64,000 nucleotides of DNA from Polynucleobacter sp. (lineage in GTDB: Bacteria > Pseudomonadota > Gammaproteobacteria > Burkholderiales > Burkholderiaceae), in contig JBIJAC010000001.1 in assembly GCA_044345935.1 (NCBI GenBank), positions 1,986 through 65,985 on the forward strand. Reading direction: 5' to 3'. A program made the position numbers and the translations under genes. The notes beneath the pieces were generated by a model. The model worked only from the letters and a program-made list of their open reading frames with translations. It had not been told where the DNA came from and did not search any database. Positions 11,481-25,993 of the stretch are shown one piece after another; positions within the stretch are counted from its first letter, which is position 1; every line of letters starts with the position of its first letter.

Positions 11481-11509
11481 TTGATTTGGCTGCCGCTTAC
11501 GGGTAACCT
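11481..11509 (+). promoter_or_regulatory. Candidate sigma70 promoter for the barstar-like gene
   Basis: TTGATT-N17-TAACCT, ending 10 nt before ATG 11520. Confidence 0.45.
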
Positions 11510-11519
11510 AGTACCCATC

Positions 11520-12134
11520 ATGAATAATCCTGAAATTACATCCGCTGAGTGGGACGACCACAGTCGCGCCGAAAGTTGGGATCGAAACGAGCAGTCGGAT
11601 GGTGAGCCTTCAGCCACTAACGTCTACGCTCAGGGCGGTCTTTCGCGCCTGCAAACGCTCGCAGCCAATCATGCTTCCAGTAAAAAAGTGCCCGCATCCT
11701 GGCGTGCTGCATTAGCCGTACGTGATGCCGGCCCACCTGCCATGCTCCGCAGTGTTCGCCCTAATATCGTTCAATCGATCCGTGCCTTCCGCACAACTGA
11801 TTTAATGGAAGCCGCAGCCGAACTCGGCCAGCACTTTATTTACGCCAATTGCGCAAATGGCCTGACCAAGAGTGAAGTGCTTGAGTCGATCGCTAATGCC
11901 TATGTGTTTACGAAGCAGCAAGCCAAGAATTACGATCCCTTATTGGATACCTTAACCACCATGGTGGATAAGGCAGGACCACAACCTGGTTTCGTGGTGG
12001 TCTTAGAGGGTTTGCCATGCACCCAGAAATTTGACAAAGAAGCGCGCGAGACTTTATTGGATGTATTCCGCGATGCCGTTGATTTCTGGTCTGAGCGCCG
12101 CGTACCGTATCGGGTGTTCTACTCCTTCGCGTAA
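11520..12134 (+). CDS. Barstar-family protein with N-terminal extension
   Basis: C-terminal part (TKSEVLESIANAYVF...KNYDPLLDTLT...PGFVVVLEGL...LLDVFRDAVDFW) matches the barstar-family pattern; ATG 11520 chosen. Confidence 0.72.
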   Translation: MNNPEITSAEWDDHSRAESWDRNEQSDGEPSATNVYAQGGLSRLQTLAANHASSKKVPASWRAALAVRDAGPPAMLRSVRPNIVQSIRAFRTTDLMEAAAELGQHFIYANCANGLTKSEVLESIANAYVFTKQQAKNYDPLLDTLTTMVDKAGPQPGFVVVLEGLPCTQKFDKEARETLLDVFRDAVDFWSERRVPYRVFYSFA

Positions 12135-12152
12135 GCACCCACGCTTTATTAC

Positions 12153-12186
12153 AAGCCCTTGATCTGCTTGGATCCAGGGCTTTTTT
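12153..12186 (+). terminator. Intrinsic terminator between the convergent barstar-like gene and rsmE
   Basis: Hairpin aagccct-tgatc...gatcc-agggctt followed by a T-run. Confidence 0.7.
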
Positions 12187-12206
12187 ATTGCCCGTTTGGG
12201 ATTGAA

Positions 12207-12956
12207 TTAGCGATCCCAGATGGCGTGGATTGTGCTGATGGCTGCAATGCCGGCGGTCTCGGTGCGCAAAATGCGCTTACCTAAAGACACTGCCTGAAAT
12301 CCCGCTTTCATTGCTAGTCCGATTTCTTCTGGCGTAAATCCGCCTTCTGGCCCAATCAACAGAATCACGTTTTGCGCAGGCAAGGGCGCGATGGTTTGCG
12401 CTAAGGAGGGGCGATCCCCGGTACAGAAAATAAGTTTTAGGGCGTCCTTGGGGTCGGCATCTGCTTTCGCTAGGTAATCGGCTATGGTCTGTACCGGCTC
12501 TACAAGGGGCAAGACGGTACGCTCGCATTGCTCACAGGCAGCTTGCGTAATGGCGCGCCAGTGGATTAAGCGCTTTTGTGCACGATCCGAATCGCTATTG
12601 CGTGTCAATTTGATTACAGAGCGTTCGCATTGCAGGGGGACGATCCGACTAGCACCGGTTTCCACTGCCTTTTCGATGACCCAATCCATCTTATCGCCTC
12701 CAGCAAGCCCTTGGACCAGAGTGATGCCATAGGGCGCCTCACTTTGAATATACTGCTGTACCTTGGCGATCGCCAGTTCACCGGCTTTATTGCCCAATTG
12801 GGTGATGGTGGCGGAGGCAATTTGCCCTTGACCATCAAAAATGGGAATGACTTCGCCTTCGCCAATGCGCCGAACCCGCAGGTGGTGCAGCAACTCCGCG
12901 GAAATAGGGTGGGGTTTTTGGGTTTCCCAGGGTGGAGGAAGATAAAATTGAGGCAT
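12207..12956 (-). CDS. rsmE: 16S rRNA m3U1498 methyltransferase
   Basis: [26 protein letters not shown] and [12 protein letters not shown]. Confidence 0.95.
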   Translation of the reverse strand: MPQFYLPPPWETQKPHPISAELLHHLRVRRIGEGEVIPIFDGQGQIASATITQLGNKAGELAIAKVQQYIQSEAPYGITLVQGLAGGDKMDWVIEKAVETGASRIVPLQCERSVIKLTRNSDSDRAQKRLIHWRAITQAACEQCERTVLPLVEPVQTIADYLAKADADPKDALKLIFCTGDRPSLAQTIAPLPAQNVILLIGPEGGFTPEEIGLAMKAGFQAVSLGKRILRTETAGIAAISTIHAIWDR

Positions 12957-13000
12957 TACCGCAATATAGCCAATTTAATTCCTTCGAGACCACTTTTACG

Positions 13001-14995
13001 ATGTCAAATTTACAAACCCGTATGGCCGATGCCATTCGCGCACTTTCGATGGATGCTGTTCAGCAAGCCAATTCTGGACACCCTGGCATGCCGATGGGCA
13101 TGGCGGATATTGCAGTAGCTCTGTGGGATCAGCATTTGCAACACAACCCCTCTGATCCGCATTGGATAAATCGCGATCGCTTTGTGCTCTCCAATGGCCA
13201 CGGCTCGATGTTGCTCTATGCACTGCTGCACCTCACCGGTTACGACTTGCCGATGAGTGAGCTGAAAAACTTCCGTCAGCTGCATAGCAAGACACCAGGC
13301 CATCCAGAATATGGCATTACGCCGGGCGTCGAGACGACTACAGGTCCATTGGGTCAAGGCATCTCCAATGCCGTCGGCATGGCCTTAGCTGAAAAATTAC
13401 TTGCTGAAGAATTTAATCGCCCTGGCTTTCAAATTGTTAATCACTACACCTACGCTTTTTTAGGCGATGGGTGTTTGATGGAGGGCATTAGCCATGAGGT
13501 GTGTTCCTTAGCCGGCACACTCAAGCTCAATAAACTGATTGCGTTTTGGGACGACAACGGCATCTCAATTGATGGCAAGGTCGTTGCATGGTTTAACGAA
13601 GATACGCCGAAGCGGTTTGAAGCCTATGGTTGGAATGTGATTCGGGGGGTTGATGGCCACAATGCCAGCGCCGTTGCGAATGCAATTACCAGAGCAAAGC
13701 AAAGCGATAAGCCCACCTTAATTTGCTGCAAAACGGCCATTGGTAAAGGTTCGCCGAATATGGCGGGTAGCGATAAGGTACATGGCGCGCCACTCGGCGC
13801 CGATGAAATCGCCGCCACTCGGAAGGAATTGAACTGGACCTCCCCACCCTTTGAAGTGCCAGATGATTTGTATTTAGCATGGGATTTTCGCGGTCGTGGT
13901 CAAACCATTCAGAGCGCATGGAACGAACGCTTTGCTGCATATCAAAAAGCGCACCCTTCTTTAGCAGCCGAACTCGTGCGCCGTATGCGTGGCGATTTGC
14001 CATCCGATTTTGCAGCAAAACTACAAGTACTGCTCGCACAATGCCAAGCCAAAGCGGAGACGATTGCAACGCGCAAGTCGAGTCAGAATGCGATTGAAGC
14101 ATTAGCACCTGCCGTTCCAGAAATGATGGGCGGCTCTGCTGACTTAACCGGGTCAAACTTAACCAACTGGAGCGCCTGTAAGCCGGTACGCGCCAATCAG
14201 TGGGGTAACCACATTAACTACGGTGTGCGTGAGTTTGGTATGAGCGCCATCATGAATGGCATGGCACTGCATGGCGGCTACATTCCCTTTGGTGGCACCT
14301 TCTTGACCTTTTCGGATTACAGTCGCAATGCGCTGCGCATGGCAGCCCTCATGAAACTCCGTAGCATTTTTGTGTTTACCCACGATTCGATCGGCTTGGG
14401 TGAGGACGGCCCTACCCACCAAGCGGTAGAGCAGATATCGAGTTTGCGCCTGATACCTAATTTAGCGGTATGGCGCCCATGTGACACCACGGAGAGTGCA
14501 GTTGCGTGGGGCGCGGCGCTCGAGCGTCGGCATGGCCCAAGTGCATTGATTTTTAGTCGCCAAAATTGCCCATTTGTGCCGCGTTCGCAAAAACAAATCG
14601 AGAACATCGCGCGCGGCGGCTATGTGGTTCACGAGCCCAGCAAAGCGGCCAAAGCCGTCATTATTGCAACTGGTTCTGAAGTCGGTTTGGCATTGCAAAC
14701 CGCAGCCCAGTTAGCGAAAGAAGGAATTGGTGTGCGTGTGGTGTCGATGCCGTCGACGACCTGCTTTGATCAGCAAGACGCGCAATACAAAGCCAGCGTA
14801 TTGCCAGCCGGCTTACCGCGCATTGCGGTTGAGGCAGGCGTAACCGATTACTGGTGGAAATATGGCTGCGCGGCAGTCCATGGTGTGGATACCTTTGGTG
14901 AGTCTGCGCCCGCGAATCAGTTGTATGCGTATTTTGGTTTAACCGTTGATCAGATTAGTACGACGGTGAAGCAATGCATTGCGCAAGCAAAGTAA
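13001..14995 (+). CDS. tkt: Transketolase
   Basis: [31 protein letters not shown] and [15 protein letters not shown]; ATG 13001. Confidence 0.97.
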   Translation: MSNLQTRMADAIRALSMDAVQQANSGHPGMPMGMADIAVALWDQHLQHNPSDPHWINRDRFVLSNGHGSMLLYALLHLTGYDLPMSELKNFRQLHSKTPGHPEYGITPGVETTTGPLGQGISNAVGMALAEKLLAEEFNRPGFQIVNHYTYAFLGDGCLMEGISHEVCSLAGTLKLNKLIAFWDDNGISIDGKVVAWFNEDTPKRFEAYGWNVIRGVDGHNASAVANAITRAKQSDKPTLICCKTAIGKGSPNMAGSDKVHGAPLGADEIAATRKELNWTSPPFEVPDDLYLAWDFRGRGQTIQSAWNERFAAYQKAHPSLAAELVRRMRGDLPSDFAAKLQVLLAQCQAKAETIATRKSSQNAIEALAPAVPEMMGGSADLTGSNLTNWSACKPVRANQWGNHINYGVREFGMSAIMNGMALHGGYIPFGGTFLTFSDYSRNALRMAALMKLRSIFVFTHDSIGLGEDGPTHQAVEQISSLRLIPNLAVWRPCDTTESAVAWGAALERRHGPSALIFSRQNCPFVPRSQKQIENIARGGYVVHEPSKAAKAVIIATGSEVGLALQTAAQLAKEGIGVRVVSMPSTTCFDQQDAQYKASVLPAGLPRIAVEAGVTDYWWKYGCAAVHGVDTFGESAPANQLYAYFGLTVDQISTTVKQCIAQAK

Positions 14996-15041
14996 TAAAT
15001 GAAAGTCAGTAATTAATCTAGAAAAAGAGTAGAGGAAAGAA

Positions 15042-16067
15042 ATGACGATTCGGGTTGCAATTAATGGGTACGGCCGTATTGGCCGCATGGTGCTGCGCGC
15101 TTTATATGAGAGTCAGCCGAACTTAGATCGCAAACGCGATATCAAAATTGTTGCCATCAACGCGATGGGTGATATTGATATCAATGCCCACCTCACGCAA
15201 TACGATTCCGCCCATGGTCGTTTCCCCGGCACGGTCACCGTCGATGGTGATCACATGGTGGTCAATGGCGATCGCATCAAAATGTATTCGACGCGTAATC
15301 CGCTGGAGACCCCATGGGGTGAACATCAAGTCGATTTAGTACTCGAGTGCTCAGGTAAATTTACCTCCAAAGAAAAAGCCATGGTTCACATTCAGCAAGG
15401 GGCAAAAAAAGTATTGATTTCTGCTCCCGGCGAAAAAGACGTGGATGCAACCATCGTCTATGGCGTAAATGAAAAGGTGCTCAAGCCCAGTGATGTCGTG
15501 GTCTCGAATGCCAGCTGCACCACCAATTGTTTAGCGCCTTTAGTCAAACCCTTGCTGGATGCGATTGGCATTGAGTCGGGTTTGATGACCACCATTCATG
15601 CGTTCACCAACGATCAGGTATTGACGGACGTGTATCACAAGGACATGCGCCGTGCGCGTTCCGCCGTGAGCAGCATGATTCCCACCAAAACGGGCGCCGC
15701 CAAAGCGGTTGGTTTGGTATTGCCGGAACTGGTTGGTCGTTTTGATGGCTTTGCAATGCGCGTTCCCGTGATCAATGTCTCGGTAGTTGATTTAACCTTT
15801 GTGGCCAAGCGCGCTACCAGCGTAGATGAAGTCAATGCGGTTCTGAAAAAAGCCAGCGAAGGGGAGCTTAAGGGTATTTTGGGCTTTAATACCTTGCCAC
15901 TGGTATCCATCGACTTTAACCACGATCCCCGCCCCAGTATTTACGACGCCAGCCAAACACGGGTTTCGGCGGATGGCAAGCTGGTCAAAGTGCTCGCTTG
16001 GTATGACAACGAATGGGGTTATTCAGTGCAGATGCTGAATGCCGCCGAGGCACTGATGGCGGCCTAG
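15042..16067 (+). CDS. gap: Type I glyceraldehyde-3-phosphate dehydrogenase
   Basis: [19 protein letters not shown] and WYDNEWG; downstream of tkt. Confidence 0.9.
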   Translation: MTIRVAINGYGRIGRMVLRALYESQPNLDRKRDIKIVAINAMGDIDINAHLTQYDSAHGRFPGTVTVDGDHMVVNGDRIKMYSTRNPLETPWGEHQVDLVLECSGKFTSKEKAMVHIQQGAKKVLISAPGEKDVDATIVYGVNEKVLKPSDVVVSNASCTTNCLAPLVKPLLDAIGIESGLMTTIHAFTNDQVLTDVYHKDMRRARSAVSSMIPTKTGAAKAVGLVLPELVGRFDGFAMRVPVINVSVVDLTFVAKRATSVDEVNAVLKKASEGELKGILGFNTLPLVSIDFNHDPRPSIYDASQTRVSADGKLVKVLAWYDNEWGYSVQMLNAAEALMAA

Positions 16068-16099
16068 CTAAAAGGGGTCAATTAGCGTGTTTAGTTAGT

Positions 16100-16126
16100 A
16101 AAAAAAGGGGCTTCAGCCCCTTTTTC
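16100..16126. terminator. Bidirectional intrinsic terminator between gap and fur
   Basis: aaaaaaaggggc-ttca-gccccttttt: GC stem flanked by an A-run and a T-run. Confidence 0.85.
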
Positions 16127-16146
16127 AATAAACCGATCTTCTCGGC

Positions 16147-16602
16147 TTATTTGCGCTTGTGGGCGCAGTTTTTCTTTTGGCAATGCCCATACATGGCAAG
16201 GGAGTGCTCCTCGAGGGCAAAACCCAAGGATTTGGCGATTTCCTTTTGGCGCCGCTCAATTGCCGCATCGACGAATTCCTCGACGTGACCACAGTCAAGG
16301 CAAACGAGGTGGTCATGGTGTGTACCCTCATTGAGTTCATAAATCGCCCGGCTATCGCCTTTACTGGACTCAAAATGACTGCGGAGCAGGAGGCCCGCCT
16401 GCTCAAACTGGGTGAGCACCCGATATACCGTAGCCAGACCAATGTCTTTGTCTTCTTTGGCCATGGCCATGAAGATTTCTTCGGCACTGAAATGGGCGCC
16501 TGGATGCTGATGAAAAAAATCCAGGATCTGCATCCGGGGAGCTGTGGCTTTAAGGCCAATATCCCGTAAATCGGCTGGGGAGGGGTTTTGGTTCATGGGC
16601 AT
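16147..16602 (-). CDS. fur: Ferric uptake regulator
   Basis: GLKATAPR, IGLATVYRVLTQFE and HHDHLVCLDCG. Confidence 0.96.
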   Translation of the reverse strand: MPMNQNPSPADLRDIGLKATAPRMQILDFFHQHPGAHFSAEEIFMAMAKEDKDIGLATVYRVLTQFEQAGLLLRSHFESSKGDSRAIYELNEGTHHDHLVCLDCGHVEEFVDAAIERRQKEIAKSLGFALEEHSLAMYGHCQKKNCAHKRK

Positions 16603-16629
16603 CGATTGAGGGCTAAAATCAAGACCTTA

Positions 16630-17256
16630 ATGATACGGCTTGCCATGCAAAACTGCCTTTTACCAACAAAGTACCCCCAAATTGAGCGCACTGCCTTGCC
16701 TAGGCCTTTTGCGCGCTGGTTCGTACTCGGATTGCTGGTGATGGGAACGGTTATCTTCACCGGTTGCTCAACCAAGGTCGATGACACCCAGCGCACGATG
16801 ATGAACAGCGTTTTTCGGCCCTATGTGCCGGATATTGTGCAGGGCAACTTTATTTCCAGCGAGCAATACGCCAAGTTAGAGCTTGGCATGAGCCGCGAGC
16901 AGGTGCGGCAAATTTTGGGTACCCCATTATTGGCTAGTTATTTTCATGCCAATCGCTGGGATTACGTTTTTGAATTCAAACGCCTGGGTGAAAAAATTAG
17001 CAAAGAGCGCCGAGTAACGGTGTTCTTCGATGGCGACAAGGTGACGAAGTTTAATGGCGACGCATTGCCAACCGAAGTTGAGCTCGTAGCAGAGATCGAT
17101 AACTATGCAAAGAATAAGCGCTCATTCTGGGATATGGTTACAGGTAGTAACAAGAATCCAGTAACGCCACCATTGCAACAGCCTGAGGTATTGATCCCGA
17201 GTAAGCCGAGTCCACCCCTTCCTTCCGGCGGCCCAATCGTGACACCAGTCAAATAA
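16630..17256 (+). CDS. bamE: Outer membrane protein assembly factor BamE (SmpA/OmlA)
   Basis: Lipobox-like FTGC, QGNF, GMSREQVRQILGTP and RWDYVF; divergent from fur; exact start uncertain. Confidence 0.9.
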   Translation: MIRLAMQNCLLPTKYPQIERTALPRPFARWFVLGLLVMGTVIFTGCSTKVDDTQRTMMNSVFRPYVPDIVQGNFISSEQYAKLELGMSREQVRQILGTPLLASYFHANRWDYVFEFKRLGEKISKERRVTVFFDGDKVTKFNGDALPTEVELVAEIDNYAKNKRSFWDMVTGSNKNPVTPPLQQPEVLIPSKPSPPLPSGGPIVTPVK

Positions 17257-17326
17257 ACGGTATTGATGTTAGGTCAGCAATGCTAAAGTGGAATTGAAAA
17301 AATTTAGCCAAGTAAAGAGTGAGATT

Positions 17327-18127
17327 ATGAAAATCGCAATCGCAGGAGCGAGTGGTCGAATGGGCCGAATGCTAATTGAGGCGGTATTGCAATTGCCAGA
17401 CGCTACTTTGGTGGGCGCGCTTGATCATGCATCGTGCCCTGTTTTGGGTGATGATGCTGGCGCTTTCTTAGGCAAAAAAACCGGCGTGATGATTACGGCC
17501 GATTTGGCTCAGGGCTTACGCGATGCCGAGTATTTAATTGATTTCACGCGGCCCGAGGGCACGATGCTGCATTTAGCTGCCTGCACTACGCACGGCGTCA
17601 AGATGATTATTGGCACTACCGGTTTAAGCGCAGATCAAATTGCCCAACTGAAAACTGCATCGTCCAAAATTGCGGTGGTGTTTGCCCCTAATATGAGTGT
17701 GGGCGTCAACGTCACCTTAAAGTTGCTCGAGGTGGCTGCGAAGATGCTCGATACCGGTTACGACATTGAAATCATCGAAGCGCACCACCGCCATAAAGTC
17801 GACGCGCCATCAGGTACCGCACTGAAGATGGGCGAAGTGATTGCAGGCGCCTTGGGTCAATCATTGAGCGATGTCGCGGTATATGCACGCGAAGGCCATA
17901 CCGGTGAGCGCAAGCCCGGATCAATTGGTTTTGCAACCATTCGGGGCGGCGATATTGTCGGCGATCACACGGTCCTATTTGCGGGTGAAGGCGAGCGCAT
18001 TGAGATTAGCCATAAATCCTCGAGCCGCCAGTCCTATGCCCAGGGGTCGATACGGGCAGCTCGTTTTTTAGAGAAAAAAACATCTGGCCTATTTGATATG
18101 CAAGATGTTCTCGGTTCGCGTTCATAG
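17327..18127 (+). CDS. dapB: 4-hydroxy-tetrahydrodipicolinate reductase
   Basis: [16 protein letters not shown] and [16 protein letters not shown]. Confidence 0.96.
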   Translation: MKIAIAGASGRMGRMLIEAVLQLPDATLVGALDHASCPVLGDDAGAFLGKKTGVMITADLAQGLRDAEYLIDFTRPEGTMLHLAACTTHGVKMIIGTTGLSADQIAQLKTASSKIAVVFAPNMSVGVNVTLKLLEVAAKMLDTGYDIEIIEAHHRHKVDAPSGTALKMGEVIAGALGQSLSDVAVYAREGHTGERKPGSIGFATIRGGDIVGDHTVLFAGEGERIEISHKSSSRQSYAQGSIRAARFLEKKTSGLFDMQDVLGSRS

Positions 18128-18134
18128 GCATTAA

Positions 18135-20882
<2,748 letters not shown>

Positions 20883-20927
20883 GGAAATAAAGGCGCCATC
20901 ATCAACCCTAAGATAAATGATCCTGCA

Positions 20928-21509
20928 GTGAGCCCCAGCGCAAAGGGCAAGAGCCCAATGCCCAGTTTGGGTCGCAGAACTGTGCTTGGGACATTAATCG
21001 GGTTGCCGGCCTTATTTACCTCGGCCTGCGGTTTTAAGTTGCGTGGCTCCGTATCGATTCCATATAAGGCGATTGTGATTACAGGTGCTCCGTCACCATT
21101 ACTCAGATCCGACTTAGAGATGATGATTTTGACGGGCAGTGATTCTAGGGTTGTGAATAACTCAAAAGATGCCGATCTTATTTTAGAGATCATCAGTGAA
21201 GTCAATAGCCGCGAGATTTTGGCCTATAGCTCTACTGGTCAGATTTCGGCGTACCGCTTGAACTCGCGTGTGGCGTTTCAGGCGATCGATCAAAATGGAG
21301 TCGATATTGTTCCTGAATCCGAAATTTACGTTACCCGCGATATGGACTTCTCGGTGTCGACGGTATTGGCTACCGATGTACAACAACAGCAATTTACGAC
21401 TGCCATGCGCATGGATTTAGCGCTGCAGATTCTGCGCCGGATATCGGCCGCTGCTAAACCTAGGGCGCCTGCCTCCAGCAGTGCTAAACCAGTCATGGGC
21501 AAGCCATGA
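20928..21509 (+). CDS. lptE: LPS assembly lipoprotein LptE
   Basis: SACGFKLRG lipobox motif; conserved leuS-lptE-holA order; start uncertain. Confidence 0.88.
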   Translation: MSPSAKGKSPMPSLGRRTVLGTLIGLPALFTSACGFKLRGSVSIPYKAIVITGAPSPLLRSDLEMMILTGSDSRVVNNSKDADLILEIISEVNSREILAYSSTGQISAYRLNSRVAFQAIDQNGVDIVPESEIYVTRDMDFSVSTVLATDVQQQQFTTAMRMDLALQILRRISAAAKPRAPASSSAKPVMGKP

Positions 21510-21528
21510 GAACGGGAACAAGCACCCA

Positions 21529-22590
21529 ATGATGACTAGCGATGCGCTGCAAGCGCACATCAGTGGGCTCAAGTCTAGCCTAGCGCTCTCCCCAGTGTAT
21601 GTCTTTAGTGGGGATGAGCCCTTGCTGATGATGGAGGCCATGGACCAATTGCGTTCTGTGGCTCGCAAGCTGGGGTATACCGAGCGTGAAGTTTTAATGC
21701 ACGAGCGTTACTTTGATTGGTCATCACTACTGTCTGCTGGGCAAACCATGTCTTTGTTTGGCGACAAGCGCTGGCTGGAGCTGCGCATTCCGACGGGTAA
21801 GCCCGGCCGCGATGGCGCAGAAGCACTCAAGCAATTCGCTGCGCAAATGGAGTCTCAGTCACCCGGGCATGATGGCCCCGACACCATCGTCTGCATTGTG
21901 TTGCCTAGGTTGGATAGTAAAACCAAGGCCTCAGCTTGGTTTAGTGCGTTAGAGGAAGTCTCAATTGCTGTGCAAATTGACTCGATTGATCGCAGTCACT
22001 TGCCGATGTGGATAGCGCAGCGCCTGAAAAAACAAGGCCAGTCTGTCGAGTCTGGTTCGGCCGGTCAAGAAGCGCTGGAGTTTATCGCTAACCAAGTGGA
22101 AGGTAATCTAATTGCTGCCCACCAAGAAATTCAGAAATTGGGTTTGCTTTATCCGCAGGGGACATTGACGGAAGCGCAAATTCGCGAATCGATCCTCAAG
22201 GTAGCGCGCTACGATGTATTTCAGTTAACCGAATCGATCCTGGCGGGCGATTTAGCCCGTTTAAACCGCATGCTCGATGGCCTCAAGGGAGAAGGTGAGC
22301 CTTTGCCATTAATTTTGTGGAGCGTAACCGAAGAGCTTCGGATACTATCAAAGCTTCAGGCCGCAAGTCAGCGTGGCGAGTCGGTGCAGCAGTTGATGCG
22401 GGCGAACCGCATCTGGGGAAATAAGGAAAAGTTGTATCCCGGCGCCCTGCGCCGCGTGAATCCCCTCAAACTGCGGCGAGCGATGCAGGTTGCGGCGGGT
22501 TTAGATCGGCAGGCCAAGGGTTTATCGGCAGCCGAGTTGCCAGCAGACCCCTGGGATGGATTGCGGTTGGTTGGCAGTTTGTTGCGATAG
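21529..22590 (+). CDS. holA: DNA polymerase III subunit delta
   Basis: [21 protein letters not shown] and [14 protein letters not shown]. Confidence 0.92.
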   Translation: MMTSDALQAHISGLKSSLALSPVYVFSGDEPLLMMEAMDQLRSVARKLGYTEREVLMHERYFDWSSLLSAGQTMSLFGDKRWLELRIPTGKPGRDGAEALKQFAAQMESQSPGHDGPDTIVCIVLPRLDSKTKASAWFSALEEVSIAVQIDSIDRSHLPMWIAQRLKKQGQSVESGSAGQEALEFIANQVEGNLIAAHQEIQKLGLLYPQGTLTEAQIRESILKVARYDVFQLTESILAGDLARLNRMLDGLKGEGEPLPLILWSVTEELRILSKLQAASQRGESVQQLMRANRIWGNKEKLYPGALRRVNPLKLRRAMQVAAGLDRQAKGLSAAELPADPWDGLRLVGSLLR

Positions 22591-22613
22591 AGAAACAGAG
22601 TGATAGAGCGAAT

Positions 22614-23891
22614 ATGAGTACAGCGATTACGGAAATGATGCAGTCGATTGGCAAGGCGGCACGAGCAGCCTCGCGGGCGATGGCGCGCGCCAGCACTGAA
22701 CAAAAGAACCAGGCCCTCTTGCACATCGCCCGATTGGTACGCGAGCAGTCGGCACGCATCTTGGAAACCAATACAGTGGATGTAGGGCGTGCCAAAAAGA
22801 GTGGGCATGATGCAGCATTTGTTGATCGCCTCACCATGACAGCCAAAACGGTCGAGTCGATGGCTTTGGGTTTAGAGCAAATTGTCACTTTAGAAGATCC
22901 GATTGGCAAAATTAGCCCGCTCAAGCGCCAAGCCTCCGGTATTGAGCTGGGACAAATGCGCGTACCACTCGGCGTCATCGGCATCATTTACGAATCGCGT
23001 CCCAACGTCACCATTGATGCGGCAGCCTTGTGCCTCAAGTCCGGTAATGCCGTCATTTTGCGCGGTGGCTCCGAAGCGATTGATTCCAATACCCTCTTGG
23101 CAGGTTTAGTTCAGCAAGGCTTAGCCGCAGCTAACTTACCGGCCAATGCAGTGCAGGTGGTAACTACGACAGACCGTGCTGCGGTGGGTGCAATGATCAC
23201 CATGACCGAGTACATCGATGTAATCGTGCCGCGGGGCGGTAAGAGCTTAATTGCGCGCTTGATGGCCGATGCTCGGGTGCCGATGATTAAACACCTCGAT
23301 GGCATTTGCCATACGTATATCGACCGCGATGCTGATCTTGACTTAGCCATCACCGTTTGCGACAACGCCAAGACCCAGCGCTATGCCCCTTGCAATGCGA
23401 TGGAGACCTTGCTGGTGCATGAGGCTGTTGCTAGTGCGGTATTGCCGCGCTTATGCAAAATCTACCAAGACAAGGGCGTTGAGCTGCGGGTGGATAAAAA
23501 AACCCGTGCCACGCTTGAGCTAGTCGGCTTTCAGAATCTAGTAGATGCGACCGAAGATGACTGGACCACCGAATACCTTGCACCGATTTTGTCGATTAAA
23601 ACCGTCGGCTCGCTGGATCAGGCGATGGACCACATTGAACACTATGGCAGTAAGCATACCGATGCCATCATCACGACCAATACAGCAAGCGCAGACCGTT
23701 TCTTGCGGGAGGTCGATAGTGCCAGCGTGATGGTTAATACCAGCACCCGCTTTGCGGATGGTTTTGAATACGGTCTGGGCGCTGAGATTGGGATCTCCAA
23801 TGACAAGTTGCATGCACGCGGCCCGGTTGGCTTAGATGGCTTGACCTCGCTGAAGTACATTGTGATGGGCCATGGGGAAATTAGAAGCTAA
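22614..23891 (+). CDS. proA: Gamma-glutamyl phosphate reductase
   Basis: [25 protein letters not shown] and [19 protein letters not shown]. Confidence 0.97.
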   Translation: MSTAITEMMQSIGKAARAASRAMARASTEQKNQALLHIARLVREQSARILETNTVDVGRAKKSGHDAAFVDRLTMTAKTVESMALGLEQIVTLEDPIGKISPLKRQASGIELGQMRVPLGVIGIIYESRPNVTIDAAALCLKSGNAVILRGGSEAIDSNTLLAGLVQQGLAAANLPANAVQVVTTTDRAAVGAMITMTEYIDVIVPRGGKSLIARLMADARVPMIKHLDGICHTYIDRDADLDLAITVCDNAKTQRYAPCNAMETLLVHEAVASAVLPRLCKIYQDKGVELRVDKKTRATLELVGFQNLVDATEDDWTTEYLAPILSIKTVGSLDQAMDHIEHYGSKHTDAIITTNTASADRFLREVDSASVMVNTSTRFADGFEYGLGAEIGISNDKLHARGPVGLDGLTSLKYIVMGHGEIRS

Positions 23892-23955
23892 TTAAAGCGG
23901 TATAGTAGTTCGCATTGAACTAAGGCAATGCTGCTTTAGTAAACCAACAAAGGGG

Positions 23956-24387
23956 ATGAATATGGGTGACGCGTATCTTTGGACGAAAACATTTCATATT
24001 GTTTTAGTGGCTTCGTGGTTTGCCGGACTCTTTTATTTGCCACGCATTTTTGTCAATATGGCGCAAGAGACCAATCCCGAAGTCAATGCCCGCTTATTGG
24101 GTATGGCCGATCGCCTCTTTCGGTTTATGACCATTCTGATGGTGCCTGCAGTGGTGCTGGGCGTGGTACTTTGGCTTCACTTTGGCATTGGCCGTGGTGC
24201 GGGCTGGATGCACCCCAAACTGCTTTTTGTGCTGATCATTTTGGGATACCACCATTCCTGCTATACCATTCTGAAAAAATTCCGCAAAGGCATGAATAAG
24301 CGCAGCCACATTTGGTATCGCTGGTTTAATGAAGTGCCCGTGGTCTTACTTGTCATCATCACTGCCATCGTCGTGATCAAGCCATAA
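23956..24387 (+). CDS. hemJ: HemJ-family protoporphyrinogen IX oxidase (CopD-like membrane protein)
   Basis: KTFHIV, WFAGLFYLPR, WMHPKL and RWFNEVP. Confidence 0.85.
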   Translation: MNMGDAYLWTKTFHIVLVASWFAGLFYLPRIFVNMAQETNPEVNARLLGMADRLFRFMTILMVPAVVLGVVLWLHFGIGRGAGWMHPKLLFVLIILGYHHSCYTILKKFRKGMNKRSHIWYRWFNEVPVVLLVIITAIVVIKP

Positions 24388-24429
24388 GCCAATCGGCGTT
24401 TACCCTTTTTATTTTTTTAGGTTTTCTTC

Positions 24430-25935
24430 ATGCGATTTTTTGTGGTGTGTCCCGGCGGATTGGAAACGGTCTTAGCTACTGAACTGCGGCAGATTGCCGA
24501 GCGCCCTGAAGTCAAAGCCCAAGGCGTCTGGGTAATTGATCCAACGCCAACCAGCCCGACGGGCGGCGTTGGTTTAGCTGGTCCTTTATCGGCCGCTATG
24601 GCGCTTAATTTGCATTCGCGCATTGCCAGCCGCGTGCTCTTGCAAATGGCTGAATCAACCTATCGGCAGGAAGAGGATTTGTATCGCTTGGCCCACGGCC
24701 TAGCCTGGGAAGAATGGTTTAGTCATACACAAACCTTGCGGGTGGATGTTACGGCGCATCGCTCGCCACTCAAGAGCCTCAATTTTGCAACCCTGAAAAT
24801 CAAAGATGCGATTGTGGATCGCTTGCGTGAAGTCTCGGGCGATCGCCCCTCGATTGATACTGCCTTTCCGGATGTGCGAGTGCAAGCGCACCTCACTGCG
24901 ACCCATGTGTCGATTTATTTGGATACCTCAGGCGAAGCCTTGTTTAAGCGCGGCTGGCGCGATGAAAAGGGCGACGCGCCTTTAAAGGAAAACCTCGCTG
25001 CCGGTATTCTGGCCTTAACTGGCTGGCAGCCCAAGCAGCCTTTGTTTGACCCGATGTGCGGCAGCGGCACTTTTTTAATTGAGGCAGCACAGATCGCCAT
25101 GGGCATTCCGTCGGGAGCGATTCGGGCGGGCATGTATGACGAGGCAGGCAAAGAATCTACGCCCACACGCTTGGCGTATCGGCCGCTTGTCACATCGGTA
25201 CACGGCTTTGGCTTTTTCCGTTTGAAGCCATTTTCAGTGGGTGCGGAACAGAAAAAGTGGCAAGCCCTGAAAGACGCTGTGCTGGCAGAAATACTAGAAC
25301 GGCGTAAGGCCTTCCCCGATGCGCAGTCATTGGGAATCAGCGGTAGCGACATTAATGAAAAACTGGTCTCCATGACCAAATCCAATTGGCAGCGCGCGCA
25401 ATTGCCTGGCTTGCCTGTGGTGCGTCAGGTCGATGCCTTGGCAGCCAAGCCCCCTGCCATTGCTAGTAGCGCAGGAGAGGCAGTCGACTTGCCAGGACTG
25501 GCCTTACTTAATCCCCCCTACGGACAACGCTTAGGCATCAAAGGCGGTCGGGGCGATGATCGCGACCCAGCGCAGAATCGCTACGACGATGAGGGCTATG
25601 GCGAGGATGATTCTGATCCATACAGTCACAACATTGAAACCGGACGGCAGAGCGCCAAACGTTCTAGCCGTGAGTCACTCAAGCGCCTGCAAGCTGAAGA
25701 AGAAATCGATCCTGCATTTTTAGAGTTCATGAAGCAATTTGGCCAACACCTCAAAGAGGTATTTGGCGGCTGGCATGTGTTTATCTTGACCGCAGATATG
25801 GCCCTTCCAGGACAGTTGCGCATCAAGGAGTCACGCCGAACACCACTCTTTAATGGCCCGCTTGAATGCCGTTTATTCCGCTTTGAGATGCGCTCCAAAA
25901 CCGAGCGTTTGGAGTCTGCCAGTAAGCCGATTTAG
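24430..25935 (+). CDS. THUMP-domain class I SAM-dependent RNA methyltransferase (RlmL-like)
   Basis: LDTSGEALFKRGWR, APLKENLAAG, DPMCGSGT, NPPYG and LFNGPLECRL. Confidence 0.85.
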   Translation: MRFFVVCPGGLETVLATELRQIAERPEVKAQGVWVIDPTPTSPTGGVGLAGPLSAAMALNLHSRIASRVLLQMAESTYRQEEDLYRLAHGLAWEEWFSHTQTLRVDVTAHRSPLKSLNFATLKIKDAIVDRLREVSGDRPSIDTAFPDVRVQAHLTATHVSIYLDTSGEALFKRGWRDEKGDAPLKENLAAGILALTGWQPKQPLFDPMCGSGTFLIEAAQIAMGIPSGAIRAGMYDEAGKESTPTRLAYRPLVTSVHGFGFFRLKPFSVGAEQKKWQALKDAVLAEILERRKAFPDAQSLGISGSDINEKLVSMTKSNWQRAQLPGLPVVRQVDALAAKPPAIASSAGEAVDLPGLALLNPPYGQRLGIKGGRGDDRDPAQNRYDDEGYGEDDSDPYSHNIETGRQSAKRSSRESLKRLQAEEEIDPAFLEFMKQFGQHLKEVFGGWHVFILTADMALPGQLRIKESRRTPLFNGPLECRLFRFEMRSKTERLESASKPI

Positions 25936-25993
25936 AATTAGTTACGATGATGTGACTATCACTATAAAAAAGAAGATAGAAAGATAAAACGCC

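Noticed and set aside
16560-16650. Very tight divergent fur/bamE arrangement
   Set aside because: A known conserved fur-omlA organisation, not novel
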